This document shows, one piece after another, positions 1 through 9,926 of a stretch of DNA of 55,847 bases (position 1 is its first letter; the number at the start of each line of letters is the position of its first letter). The translations under genes and the position numbers were made by a program. Origin of the DNA: a virus (Duplodnaviria > Caudoviricetes). A model generated the notes under the pieces. That model searched no databases. It was given only the letters and a program-made list of their open reading frames with translations, and was not told where the DNA came from. Location: positions 1-55,847 of IMG/VR virus record IMGVR_UViG_3300038301_000366. One strand, written 5' to 3'.

Positions 1-783
1 GCAGATGGTGTTGACCCTGCGACTAGAGAGCATGATGTTTATTATACAAGATACAGAAGGGTTGTTGAGAAAGAGCTGATGTTCTCTAGTTCGACAGAGT
101 TTTTATTGGGAGGCACTCCGATTGAGAATTCTTTCCGAATAATAGAAGAACCTTCGGGTAGGTTTTTGCGTATTTCAGAGTATGTGCTTGAGGGGGCGAA
201 GGTTACACTCCTTGAAGAGCCTCCTAAAGCAGTGAAATTGAGGGCTTTATATACAGAGGAAATGACCCAATCCGGTCCCTTCAGAGTCAAACCTGCGGTT
301 TCTTACCGAGATATTATAAGTGGTGTGATTATCGCTTTTGGTCGTAGACTTCAAAAAGGGGATGAAGTAGCGATTATAGTCTCTGAAAAAAGAGAGTCCG
401 TTTCTCATGAATATGGGGGTCGTTGGGATGTCAGTGTGGACATTGATTTAATAACAAGAGATGTTCATTCTCAAGCAGACATTGCAGATCAGACGGCAGT
501 ATGGCTGTGGTCGAGTCTAAGACCAAAGTTGACTAACTTAGGTTTGGAAATTTCTGATGTTTCTTTAGGGGGTGAATCTGAAGAAGTTTATGATGATAAC
601 GGGGATGACTACTTTTACACGGCTAGTTTAAGTTTTTCTATTCAGGTGGATTGGTTCATTCATTTCCCCCTTGTGATTCCAATTCAGAGTATTTCTAAGC
701 AAGGAATACAGCTGACTTCGATCAACAGTCCTGTGACGGGATTAGGTAATCGAAGTGCTGATTTAGTTCAAAGGCTTTTATAG
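1..783 (+). CDS. Tail terminator/completion-like virion protein, 5'-truncated by the window edge
   Basis: Frame is open from base 1 (ADGVDPATREHDVYYTRYRR...) into the listed 79..783 ORF. C-terminal pattern DIDLITRD...YFYTASLSFSIQVDW and the position two genes upstream of the sheath fit a tail terminator fold. Confidence 0.55.
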   Translation, partial: ADGVDPATREHDVYYTRYRRVVEKELMFSSSTEFLLGGTPIENSFRIIEEPSGRFLRISEYVLEGAKVTLLEEPPKAVKLRALYTEEMTQSGPFRVKPAVSYRDIISGVIIAFGRRLQKGDEVAIIVSEKRESVSHEYGGRWDVSVDIDLITRDVHSQADIADQTAVWLWSSLRPKLTNLGLEISDVSLGGESEEVYDDNGDDYFYTASLSFSIQVDWFIHFPLVIPIQSISKQGIQLTSINSPVTGLGNRSADLVQRLL

Positions 784-792
784 TTATTCTAT
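780..792 (+). promoter_or_regulatory. Putative late promoter motif ATA-N6-YTAT (ATAGTTATTCTAT) upstream of the sheath operon
   Basis: One of about 16 intergenic copies of the same 13-mer pattern. Confidence 0.55.
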
Positions 793-825
793 AAGAGCCT
801 AAGAATATAGTAGGAGGACTTCTTT

Positions 826-1251
826 ATGCCTATATTAAAGTTCCAATGTTCTTCTTGTGGTCTTTCCTCAAGAAAAAGAGTCGGCAAGCAAAAATCAGAA
901 ATAAAATGTGATTGCGGTATGCAAGCACAGGTTGTTCAGTGTGTTTCTGCTTCCGTTGGGTTTACCTCGAAAGTAGACCAAACCATGAAGGTTCAATCTT
1001 CAGGTGTAGATTCTTTTGACTTGGACTTTGATCGTGTCATCGGTGAAGACGCTCAACAGAAATGGGAGCAGATTTACCGTAGACGCAGAGATAAATGGGA
1101 CTTGATAGAGTCTCATAATGCTACAGGGAAAGACCTCATAAGAATGGATGATCAAACATATCAAGTCCTCCCTGAAATGGGAAACAATCTTCGCTCTAGC
1201 AGAGTCTCTGCTATGGATAATATTAAGTCTAGCTCTTCCACTAATCAATAG
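826..1251 (+). CDS. FmdB-like zinc-ribbon protein
   Basis: N-terminal MPILKFQCSSCG...CDCG; AGGAGG RBS. Confidence 0.65.
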   Translation: MPILKFQCSSCGLSSRKRVGKQKSEIKCDCGMQAQVVQCVSASVGFTSKVDQTMKVQSSGVDSFDLDFDRVIGEDAQQKWEQIYRRRRDKWDLIESHNATGKDLIRMDDQTYQVLPEMGNNLRSSRVSAMDNIKSSSSTNQ

Positions 1252-1262
1252 GAGAAACAATT

Positions 1263-4200
1263 ATGGCTATTAGAGGCGGTTACGCACCACCAGGAGTTTA
1301 TACAGAGACAGTATTTGAGTCTCCTACTCCACAGAATAACTTTTCGGGGAGAATCCCCCTTCTGATCGGTTCAGGTACTGAGACTTTTGCACAAAACGGT
1401 TTAAGTTTAGTGCGAGGGTCTTCTTCGATCATAGATCAACAAATGGTAGAAGAAGACGCTACAGGTAGAGTTGTTCTTTCTCAGAATCCAAATAGCACTT
1501 ATAACTTAGGGGCTTTTGACGGAACTACTGCACAAGTAAGAACTCGTCAATTTCCTATCGTTACAGGTGATGGTACAGGGACGACAACTAAAACTGCTTC
1601 TTCTGTCTCGGCTACGATTAACGGAAGTGCTGTGGTTGTTCTTGCCGTTAATGGGAAAGATGGCTTAGTCACTCTTTCTCAAGCCCCTAAAGAGGGTGAT
1701 GATGTAAGATTGACTTACTTCTTTAACCGTACTGATGTCCTCGTAGACTCTGAAGATGTTTCAGATCAAGTATCTGATGACCTTTCAGAGCTTTACGGAA
1801 CAGCAGGGACTATGGAGGTTAAAGCCGCTTCTCGTAGCTTTATCATTACTGTTGACGGAACTGTGGGGATTATAGAAATCCCACTTAAACCCTCTAATGT
1901 TACGAGAGAAAACCACTTAAGTGTTATTGTCGGAAAGATTAACTCTTCAAACATTGGTACTCTTGTGGCAAGCACTTATGTTGACCACAAAGGCTCGACT
2001 AACCTCAAGTTGGTTGCTGACGGTTCTATTAAGATTGGTGCAGGTTCTTCAAATGAAGTTCTTGGTGTGTTCAACACTCAAAAAGGGTCAGAAAGAAACT
2101 CCGTTTTCTACTCCGATCAAGCTCCGATTGTTGATGGGACTAATGGCGGTAAAGCTACTTCAGAAGTATCTGACGTTACTGTTACTGTAGACTTAGTTCC
2201 TGTAACCCCTACTTCTTTAGATCCAACAACAGGTGCGATTACTCTATCAGAGCCTCCAAAAGTTGGTCAGAAAGTAGCTATCTCTTATTACTTCAACAGC
2301 TTTGTAGATAACTTTGATTATCTGCCTGCAAGAGATGTGGTTTCTGTTGATCGAGTTGCTATCGCCCCTGAAGATACTGTGGGTCCTGCGGGGCTTTTTA
2401 GTGAAGGTGAGAGTTGGGTTCTTAAAGATGACAAACTCTATTGGGGTACTTTTGCTTCTGCCTCTTCGGGTCTAGTTCAGAATGGAGATGTTTCTTTTGG
2501 TACTACCCAAATTACAACTTCTCTACGAGACGAAAGAGTATACCTCAGTGAGTGTTCTGCTTTTGTGGACAATACAGGTAAAATCTTACCTAATGTCTTT
2601 AAGCTAGCTCACCAACCCACTGACGGTACAGGCACAGGCACTTCTACTTACAACTCAACGAAGGTTATCGTTAGAGTCGGTTGGAATATCTCAGACGCTT
2701 TGGCGAATGACGTTGCTGAAGTAGTTCGAGTCAACCCTTCAAACTCTACGGTTACTCTGAGTCAGCCTGTTCCTTACGGTCAGAAAGTGTTTGCGACTTT
2801 CTACTACAATAACATCCAAGATCAATACTCGATTGCAAGTGGAGGTTATGATCTTACTGTTGCTTCAGTTGGTGGATCGAATGTTGGTACTTATACCGTA
2901 TCAAAGGCGAACCTACCTCTTTATGGAGCAACCTTTGAGGGTAAAGGCACTGACCTTTCTCTTACTACTCTGAACTTCCCATCGGGAGCAGAGACAAGAT
3001 CAGACGCTATTTTAGGTAGCGGTAAAGCTGTAGAAGAAGACATCACAGTTCAGATTGAGAACTTTGAAGCAACACCTGCTATGTTCTTCACACCTAACCC
3101 TGCTCCTTATGTGTTTATCCAAGGTGAATCTGACACTATTAAGATCACTGTTGATAATAACGCAGAGCAAAGTGTTATTTTGACTGATCCAACAGGTCTT
3201 ACAAAGGGTAGAGGATTGCTTACTTATCATGTAAGTGAACCACTTCCTTATACTGCTTCTTCAGATAATACTGACTTGGGTTCGATCAATGGAAACATCT
3301 TCTTAAAGATCGACAATGTAGATATTACAGTTGAGACAGGTGCTATCGCCACAGCGACTGCTTCTGAGATTGCTGATGCGATCAATACAGATGTAAATGG
3401 TGTTGGTGCTAAGTATTATGCGATGACTCCGATGAGTGCTTTGGACTTAACACAAGGTAAACACACTCATCTTACAATTAGATACAGAGGTATAAATGGA
3501 GCTGACGCTCTTAGTGAGAATGTTAAAACCATTACTATTGGTTCAATTGCTTATCCTTCAGCTTCTGATATTGCTTCAGCTCTTCAGACTCAAATTGATG
3601 ACGTTGCTAATTTCAATGGGGATATTGATATTAATGTTTCTTCTGAAGATGGGTTTCTTGTTTTTAGTCTTGATGGACTACTTGCAGGAGATGTTCAAGG
3701 ATACCTTGAGTTCCTTTCCATTGACAAAGGAAATAATGACGCCGCATTAGGTGATCTAAACTTTGGTTTGATTGCAGGTATCGACACTGATGTTGCTGAT
3801 GGATCTCAGACTAAGTTTGGTATTCTTCCTGTTGCGTTTGCTGTCTCTACAGATATTGATGGTGCAGGAAGCAATTCTGTTAAAGATCGTTTGATCTTCA
3901 GAAACAGAACTCGTATTGGGGCTGACTACTTCCCTCCCATTCAGTTGGGTCTTGAAGTTATTGGTGGCTCTATTTTGACTGAGTGTGGTCTTTCATCTAC
4001 TGAGGTTAAAGCTGTAAGAACTGCGGTTGTAGAAGCTCCAACTCTTCTTATAAGAGCAGGTTGGGGTGATCAGTCATCTACGACAGGTAGTCCTAAAGTA
4101 ACTTTCTACAATGGTGATAACACAAGCTTCGCTCAAAACAGCACTTTGAATCTTAACTTCTCAGGTGTTTCTAAGTCTGTAACCTTTACCTCTTCAGCAG

Positions 4201-6107
4201 GAGGTACGGGAGCTGACTTATTTAATGATGGTGCTAAAGCTACGGCAGGTACTGTTGTTAAACAATTGGGGGATGCTCTTGCAGGTGTTGCTACTGTAAG
4301 CATTGAAGGTTCTAATCTCAGGATTGTCTCTACAAGCAAAACTGAAGATGACTTCATTACTGTTGAAGAAGGTACAGCAAATGAATTACTTGGTTTGACT
4401 GAGGACTTCACCACAGTCTCTACTCTTGTAAATGCGGAAGCTCTTTCTTCTGCCTTCATGCAGAACGCACCTACTACTTTAACTAGCTTGTTGTTGAGTC
4501 TTCCGTTTACTCACAATGGAGCAGGTTCTTATTCTAACACTGCGATTTCTTTTGTTAAGAAAGACGCTACAGGTAAGAGCTATGTTGGTTTTGAGAGCTT
4601 GACTGTTGGTTTGAGTTCTTCTCTTACGTTTGGTAATGGAAATGCTGTTAGCACCCATACAACTCGTTTGGGTATTAAGAATGGTGACACCTCTGTGGGT
4701 GAAGCTCCTTATCAGGGCTTCTTTGTTACTTCTTCTAACTCAGCAGGTACAGGTTCATCAAACACTTCGACTCTGAATGACGGAACGGGTGTTGATGGTG
4801 TGGTTGGTCAAACTTACATTGACTCAGTTACAGGCTTTAGCTTCACCTTACTTCCTCGTGCGGGGGGTCAAGCTTATTCTACGGGATCAAACTCGACTCT
4901 TTCTTTCAAGGTGTCTAAGACTCTGACCACTAATGCAAACATTCCTGTTACTTCGATTGCAGGTGTTAGCCTTACAGTAGCGAACACAGTGGGTACTCAG
5001 ATTGGTGATACCGCTTTGGTTGAGACTTTCCATCATCTCGGTAACGAGCCTTCTTTGGGTGAGCCTTACTATGTAAATATCACTCGTAAGAAGAGTGCCT
5101 TTAATACGGGTATCTTCACTCGCCTTGCTGATGTAACAGCTACTTACGGACCTGTTAGTACAGATAACCCTCTTTCTCTTGGTGCTTACTTCGCTTTCTT
5201 AAATGGAGCGAATACGATTGCACTTAAGCAGATTTCTTTGAGTGACGGTCAAACTGAGCCTACAGTAGCTCAGATGATTCAAGCTTTGAAAGACGTAGAG
5301 GGTGAGATCAGCCCTGGACTTTCTCCCTCTGTTATCGTTCCTTTGATCCCTGCTAGTACAGAGCTTCTCGCTGATGTTTCTTTACACTGTGATTTGCAAT
5401 CTAGCTTAAGATTCAGATCAGAAAGAACAGCCATCTTGGGTGTACCCGCAGGGACTTCACCTGCACAAGTTTCTACATTGGCTAGAAATGTAAAGAACAC
5501 TCGTGTTCGTCTGATTTACCCTGACATTGTAAGTATTACTCTTACGAACAATGTGGGAGCTTCTGTCAATACTATCGTTGATAGTCGTTATCTTGCTGTC
5601 GCAATGGCTTGTGCCACTACTTCAGCTACGATTGATGAAGCGACACCTTGGACTAACAGAACGATTGTAGGGTTCAATGGCCTCCTAAGAACACTTGACG
5701 CTGTTGACGCTAACCAAACTGCTTCGGCAGGTGTTACGATCCTTCAGCAACAAGGTTCTGTTCTTAATGTGCGTCAAGGATTGACTACTGATGTTAGTTC
5801 TATTTTGACCAAGACTCCGACTGTGATTCAGATTGCAGACGCAGTTCATCTTCGAGCGAGAAATCTCTTGAATGGATACATTGGCGAGAAGTATCTCCCA
5901 AGTATTGTTGGTCAGATTGAAGGTCGTGTGAATCAGATGTTCAAGGATCTTGTGAAACAGCAGATTATTGACTCTTATACAGGTCTTTCAGTGTCTCGTG
6001 ATCCCGAAGATCCTACAGGGCTTCTTGTAGAGGTATTCTACAAGCCGATCTTCCCACTTCTTTACATTCAGTTTACCTTTAACTTAAGAAGTTCGATTGA
6101 CGCTTAG
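1263..6107 (+). CDS. Contractile tail sheath protein with large inserted domains (1614 aa)
   Basis: N-terminal YAPPGVY; YGPVSTDNPLSLGAYFAFLNGA; C-terminal DPEDPTGLLVEVFYKPIFPLLYIQFTF typical of myophage sheaths; AGGAG RBS. Confidence 0.92.
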   Translation: MAIRGGYAPPGVYTETVFESPTPQNNFSGRIPLLIGSGTETFAQNGLSLVRGSSSIIDQQMVEEDATGRVVLSQNPNSTYNLGAFDGTTAQVRTRQFPIVTGDGTGTTTKTASSVSATINGSAVVVLAVNGKDGLVTLSQAPKEGDDVRLTYFFNRTDVLVDSEDVSDQVSDDLSELYGTAGTMEVKAASRSFIITVDGTVGIIEIPLKPSNVTRENHLSVIVGKINSSNIGTLVASTYVDHKGSTNLKLVADGSIKIGAGSSNEVLGVFNTQKGSERNSVFYSDQAPIVDGTNGGKATSEVSDVTVTVDLVPVTPTSLDPTTGAITLSEPPKVGQKVAISYYFNSFVDNFDYLPARDVVSVDRVAIAPEDTVGPAGLFSEGESWVLKDDKLYWGTFASASSGLVQNGDVSFGTTQITTSLRDERVYLSECSAFVDNTGKILPNVFKLAHQPTDGTGTGTSTYNSTKVIVRVGWNISDALANDVAEVVRVNPSNSTVTLSQPVPYGQKVFATFYYNNIQDQYSIASGGYDLTVASVGGSNVGTYTVSKANLPLYGATFEGKGTDLSLTTLNFPSGAETRSDAILGSGKAVEEDITVQIENFEATPAMFFTPNPAPYVFIQGESDTIKITVDNNAEQSVILTDPTGLTKGRGLLTYHVSEPLPYTASSDNTDLGSINGNIFLKIDNVDITVETGAIATATASEIADAINTDVNGVGAKYYAMTPMSALDLTQGKHTHLTIRYRGINGADALSENVKTITIGSIAYPSASDIASALQTQIDDVANFNGDIDINVSSEDGFLVFSLDGLLAGDVQGYLEFLSIDKGNNDAALGDLNFGLIAGIDTDVADGSQTKFGILPVAFAVSTDIDGAGSNSVKDRLIFRNRTRIGADYFPPIQLGLEVIGGSILTECGLSSTEVKAVRTAVVEAPTLLIRAGWGDQSSTTGSPKVTFYNGDNTSFAQNSTLNLNFSGVSKSVTFTSSAGGTGADLFNDGAKATAGTVVKQLGDALAGVATVSIEGSNLRIVSTSKTEDDFITVEEGTANELLGLTEDFTTVSTLVNAEALSSAFMQNAPTTLTSLLLSLPFTHNGAGSYSNTAISFVKKDATGKSYVGFESLTVGLSSSLTFGNGNAVSTHTTRLGIKNGDTSVGEAPYQGFFVTSSNSAGTGSSNTSTLNDGTGVDGVVGQTYIDSVTGFSFTLLPRAGGQAYSTGSNSTLSFKVSKTLTTNANIPVTSIAGVSLTVANTVGTQIGDTALVETFHHLGNEPSLGEPYYVNITRKKSAFNTGIFTRLADVTATYGPVSTDNPLSLGAYFAFLNGANTIALKQISLSDGQTEPTVAQMIQALKDVEGEISPGLSPSVIVPLIPASTELLADVSLHCDLQSSLRFRSERTAILGVPAGTSPAQVSTLARNVKNTRVRLIYPDIVSITLTNNVGASVNTIVDSRYLAVAMACATTSATIDEATPWTNRTIVGFNGLLRTLDAVDANQTASAGVTILQQQGSVLNVRQGLTTDVSSILTKTPTVIQIADAVHLRARNLLNGYIGEKYLPSIVGQIEGRVNQMFKDLVKQQIIDSYTGLSVSRDPEDPTGLLVEVFYKPIFPLLYIQFTFNLRSSIDA

Positions 6108-6685
6108 TCCTTGTGATTTTGACTGAGGTTGAAGTCAGCTCTTGTAAGGGGTACATAATGAAACCCTGCATCAACTGACTCACCCTCAGTAATACGCCCT
6201 CCGCTTTCGTCCACCTTTGCATTGAAGATGGCTTTCTCCCCTCCAATCGCAAAGGTGGCGATTTCTTCTATTTTGTCAGCCCATGCCATTAAGAATGTAG
6301 CTCCCTCAAATGGGTTTCCTTTAAAGTCTGTCCGTAAACCATAGGCAAAGACAGGGACTCCAATTTGATCTGCGACCACAGTGAGTTTAAGCACTTGTTC
6401 TTTCGTTAAGAACTGAGCTTCGTCTACAAAAACAACGTCAACTGAGACACTGTTTTTGATAGTGTCCTGTAGGACGATCTCAGCAGGGTTAGAACTTTTA
6501 GAAAGAGGAGTAGCTTCATGGGTAAACCCAATCCTTGAAGCTACTTGAGATGATCCATCTCTTTTTTGAGAAACATCAGGGACAAGGATCAGGAACTTCA
6601 TTCCTCTTTCTGAACAAGAATGGGCTCTCATCAAGAGGTTTGCTGACTTCCCTGCGTTTACGGTTGAATAAATAAAAGTTAACAT
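6104..6685 (-). CDS. tdk: Thymidine kinase
   Basis: YSTVNAGKSANLL P-loop, VASRIG, VFVDEAQFL, YGLRTDFKGNPFEG, WADKIEE: TK1-family motifs. Confidence 0.95.
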   Translation of the reverse strand: MLTFIYSTVNAGKSANLLMRAHSCSERGMKFLILVPDVSQKRDGSSQVASRIGFTHEATPLSKSSNPAEIVLQDTIKNSVSVDVVFVDEAQFLTKEQVLKLTVVADQIGVPVFAYGLRTDFKGNPFEGATFLMAWADKIEEIATFAIGGEKAIFNAKVDESGGRITEGESVDAGFHYVPLTRADFNLSQNHKD

Positions 6686-7353
6686 CGACTTCCTTTTGTG
6701 TATGGCTCTAAAGTCTTTCTTATATCTTTGATGTATTTATTTACCTTTCGAGTGTCCATTTTTCTACGTCTTGAGATATGACTTATTTTATGTCCATCAA
6801 GAAGGTCGTCATAGATATCAACTAACTCTTCTTTTAATAATCCTCTCAACTCTGAAAGTAGGATTCTTTCATTTATTTCACCCTCCACAACATCCTTCGG
6901 AATGTTGAGCGTATACACATCTTCTGCTGATTTCTCTTTCCCGAAAATCTCTCTTTGGGCTCTCTTTCTAGCTTTATTTATATAGTTGATTGTTACGCAC
7001 CTTGATACCATAACAACATAAGTGCTAAAGGCAGACTTTTTTTCATCATAAGGGCATTTACCTTTATTTCTTATAAGAATCCCTTTGTATACTTCCTGTA
7101 GCACATCTTCAGGGTCGCAGTTATTGATGTAGCACAGATTCAAGCAGTGCTTTCTAAACAGCTTTTTAACTTCAAGATGTTTTTTGGTGAGGTCTATCCC
7201 TTTTCGGGCGTTTTTTACTTTTAACTTTTTAGGCTTTCTTCCTTCCTTCTTCTTAGGTTGTGTGAAAGAGAAAGTAGAAAGTTCTAAAACACCTATTTGC
7301 CATTTTTTTAAACGACTCGTGTTTTTAATCTGATATATGATCATAGACATCAT
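6679..7353 (-). CDS. Phage sigma-70-like transcription factor (true start may be further in)
   Basis: Region-2-like DPEDVLQEVYKGIL...YDEKKSAFSTYVVMVSRCVTINY and a C-terminal HTH-like region 4 (GHKISHISRRRKMDTRKVNKYIKDIRK). Confidence 0.7.
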   Translation of the reverse strand: MMSMIIYQIKNTSRLKKWQIGVLELSTFSFTQPKKKEGRKPKKLKVKNARKGIDLTKKHLEVKKLFRKHCLNLCYINNCDPEDVLQEVYKGILIRNKGKCPYDEKKSAFSTYVVMVSRCVTINYINKARKRAQREIFGKEKSAEDVYTLNIPKDVVEGEINERILLSELRGLLKEELVDIYDDLLDGHKISHISRRRKMDTRKVNKYIKDIRKTLEPYTKGSRC

Positions 7354-7408
7354 TTCTTGGTTTGGGGGGTGGTGTGGAAAAGTAAACTTACAAGAGAAAG
7401 GAAGTCAA

Positions 7409-8491
7409 GTGAGTATTAAACAAGTAATCAATCAAATCGAAGATCTTGAAGGTAGATCAATTCTAAAATCAAAGGTTTTTATTGATCAATATGGTTGGGG
7501 TAAACTCAAGGAGACACTTGACCTTTACATTAAAGGTTTAAGTTTTGGGATTCCTGAAGATGAGCTTGAAAGCTTATTTAAGGTAGAAGAAAAAAATACA
7601 TCTGATTTAACAGATGCCTCGTCCGTAGAATCTTTCGTCACTTACCCTGAAGACTCTATAGAAGACTCTATAGAAGACTCTATAGAAGACCTTATAGACG
7701 TTATTAAAGAGGAAGAACCCGTTGACCAACCAACGCCACATTACTTCTTAAATAATGAGCTTATTCATAAGGCTTTGTATAGGTTGTCTGATGAAGGTGT
7801 TCTTTCTATTATGTCGAATCAGATCTGTGATTTAGCAGGGGTGGATCAGTCAAAGGGAAACCTTAAAAAGATTACACAAGGTCTTGAACAAGCAGGCTTT
7901 AAGTCTAAATATGCAAGCAATCCTTTGAAGTTTACTCGTACTAGGGCGAACTTACATGAAGTAGATTTAAATAACTTGACTGAGTGTTTAAATTCTTTAT
8001 GGAAATACCTTTCGGATCGAAGAGATAAGAACATCAAGTTGCCCATAAAGATTGAAGACTATCTTGATGGAACTGAAGGATCAGTCAAGTTAAAGAGAGA
8101 TAAAGAGGACTTATTCATCGCTGTCGGAGACGCTACCTATAATAACTATTTTGTTGAGTTAACTCGAATCTTAGAGAAGGTGTACGGGCATACTGACCAA
8201 CTTGTTGGGGGTGAGTGGGTTGAGAATACAGAGTTAAATAAGTACCTTCTTTCCGAGGCTCTTTTGAAAGCTTTCCCTTCAACCACTTTAAGAAGGACGG
8301 TCAAAAAAGAGTACCCTGAACTTGACAACTTTGAAGTGGAGGGTACTGTTCAGCACTTACGAGACTACTTAAATGACGTTCAAGTTAAAGTAGGTCTTTT
8401 AAATGATAATTGGTCTTCTATAGACACAGCAGTGTCAGGTTTCGTATATCTTGTTGTTATCATGTCTTTAAATTATCACATGAACCAATAA
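7409..8491 (+). CDS. Hypothetical protein with an acidic EDSI repeat
   Basis: Long ORF; likely GTG start at 7409 behind GAAAGGAAG rather than 7337. Confidence 0.7.
   Translation: MSIKQVINQIEDLEGRSILKSKVFIDQYGWGKLKETLDLYIKGLSFGIPEDELESLFKVEEKNTSDLTDASSVESFVTYPEDSIEDSIEDSIEDLIDVIKEEEPVDQPTPHYFLNNELIHKALYRLSDEGVLSIMSNQICDLAGVDQSKGNLKKITQGLEQAGFKSKYASNPLKFTRTRANLHEVDLNNLTECLNSLWKYLSDRRDKNIKLPIKIEDYLDGTEGSVKLKRDKEDLFIAVGDATYNNYFVELTRILEKVYGHTDQLVGGEWVENTELNKYLLSEALLKAFPSTTLRRTVKKEYPELDNFEVEGTVQHLRDYLNDVQVKVGLLNDNWSSIDTAVSGFVYLVVIMSLNYHMNQ
7649..7696 (+). repeat. 12-bp tandem repeat GAAGACTCTATA x4 (last copy imperfect), in frame (EDSI)
   Basis: Read directly from the sequence. Confidence 0.9.
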
Positions 8492-8508
8492 AGGAGAAAA
8501 ATTAAACA

Positions 8509-9258
8509 ATGATAAATCTTATTCTAATGTTATCACTTTCCTCGCAATGTTTTGTCGATCAAATGCAATGGGCAAGTAAAGTTGAAATCCTAAAGCCCTT
8601 TAGCTTTCTTGTGTCCACAAGAGGGGCAAACAAAAAGTTCCTTAAAAAGCTCTATACATTAGCCGAGAAGAAGAACGATAAGATTGATTCAAGATACTTC
8701 GCTCTCGCTTGGATGGAGAGTCGTCTACGCCCCTTCCCACATTCAGGAGATAAAGGAGAAGCGTGTGGGATTTACCAAATCCATGCCCGTCATTCTTACC
8801 CCCTGTTCCGTAGGAGAAAAGGTTATGTTGGTTGGAATGCGAAAGAAAACAAAAGGCTCGTCAGGAAAGAGTGTGCTAAGTTAAGAGGAGTTACCTACTC
8901 TGTAGACACTCTTTCTAGGTTAATAAAAATCCATGACCGAAAAAAAGTTCCTCCCTGCCACCACAACAGTGGGGTTTATGGGAAGTGTAACTCTTGGTAT
9001 GAGGAAAGACTTGGTTTTTGGATGTTTTATTTTGAAGCTAGTAAAGTAATATGTGATGAAAGGATACAAAACGCTATGGCTATGATGAGAACAGGATCAC
9101 CCGTCCCCACTGCACCCACAGATAAGATTCAAGGCTACTTGGATAATATGAATGGGAAAGAACCTCAAAAGAAAGACGATGAGGTTTATATGTCAGGTTA
9201 TGAGCTTGCGAATAAAGTTAAGAAGGGAGAGGAGGAAGCTCCTTCATGGGCAGTGTAG
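8509..9258 (+). CDS. SLT-like lytic transglycosylase with N-terminal signal/anchor
   Basis: ALAWMESRL (catalytic Glu-Ser) and GDKGEACGIYQI (GxxQ motif); hydrophobic N-terminus; AAGGAG RBS. Confidence 0.7.
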   Translation: MINLILMLSLSSQCFVDQMQWASKVEILKPFSFLVSTRGANKKFLKKLYTLAEKKNDKIDSRYFALAWMESRLRPFPHSGDKGEACGIYQIHARHSYPLFRRRKGYVGWNAKENKRLVRKECAKLRGVTYSVDTLSRLIKIHDRKKVPPCHHNSGVYGKCNSWYEERLGFWMFYFEASKVICDERIQNAMAMMRTGSPVPTAPTDKIQGYLDNMNGKEPQKKDDEVYMSGYELANKVKKGEEEAPSWAV

Positions 9259-9926
9259 TATCTTGGATCGAGCAAGGTTTAACCCCTTGTTCTGAAAAGC
9301 ACTTAGCTTATTTAAATGGTAGAGGGGTAGATGAAGATACCACCATTTCTTTCTATACTTGGAAGTGTCCACCGACCCCCTCTCCTTGTCAAAGATTCAC
9401 TCTTAACTTTGGCACTACGGGCAATCGTATTGAAGGTCATCTGATCATTCCAATTTACACACCTAGAGGTGGTTTGATTGGTTTTGAAGCTAGAGACTTT
9501 GATGGTGAAGGTAAGAAGAAGGTGCTTCAATATAGGACAACCCAAGCCCAATGGAATCCTTACTTTTTAGGGTCAGAGAAGGCTTTTGCTTCTCTGTGGA
9601 ATGGTTGCGATCTCTATATTGTAGAAGGTATCTTTGACCTTGTTGCCTTAGAGAAAGTGATCCCTAAATCAGACGCTGTTATTTCAACTCTGAGAGCAGG
9701 TATGGATAACAACTCAATCAACATGATCTCTCGGTTTTTATCTGCTTATAACACCATTTACATAGCTTATGATAATGATGAGACAGGTAGAAAGAAGGGT
9801 GCTTGGCTCAAGTCAAAGTTTGAGTCATTAGGAGCTAGGGTTTACCTCGCAAAATATAGGGGTAAAGACCCTAATCAGGTGTGGAAAAAAGGCGGGTTGG
9901 CTATGTTAAGAAGAATGTTCTGTTAG
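9246..9926 (+). CDS. DnaG-type primase catalytic/Toprim core
   Basis: YLNGRG, LIIPIY..RGGLIGFEAR, YIVEGIFD, IAYDNDETG, KDPN. Confidence 0.88.
   Translation: MGSVVSWIEQGLTPCSEKHLAYLNGRGVDEDTTISFYTWKCPPTPSPCQRFTLNFGTTGNRIEGHLIIPIYTPRGGLIGFEARDFDGEGKKKVLQYRTTQAQWNPYFLGSEKAFASLWNGCDLYIVEGIFDLVALEKVIPKSDAVISTLRAGMDNNSINMISRFLSAYNTIYIAYDNDETGRKKGAWLKSKFESLGARVYLAKYRGKDPNQVWKKGGLAMLRRMFC

Noticed and set aside
1000-5500. Many short overlapping ORFs in the six-frame track inside long genes (e.g. 1921..2190, 4133..4459, and similar ones throughout the window)
   Set aside because: No RBS, and L/S-rich off-frame or antisense composition typical of shadows of biased coding sequence.
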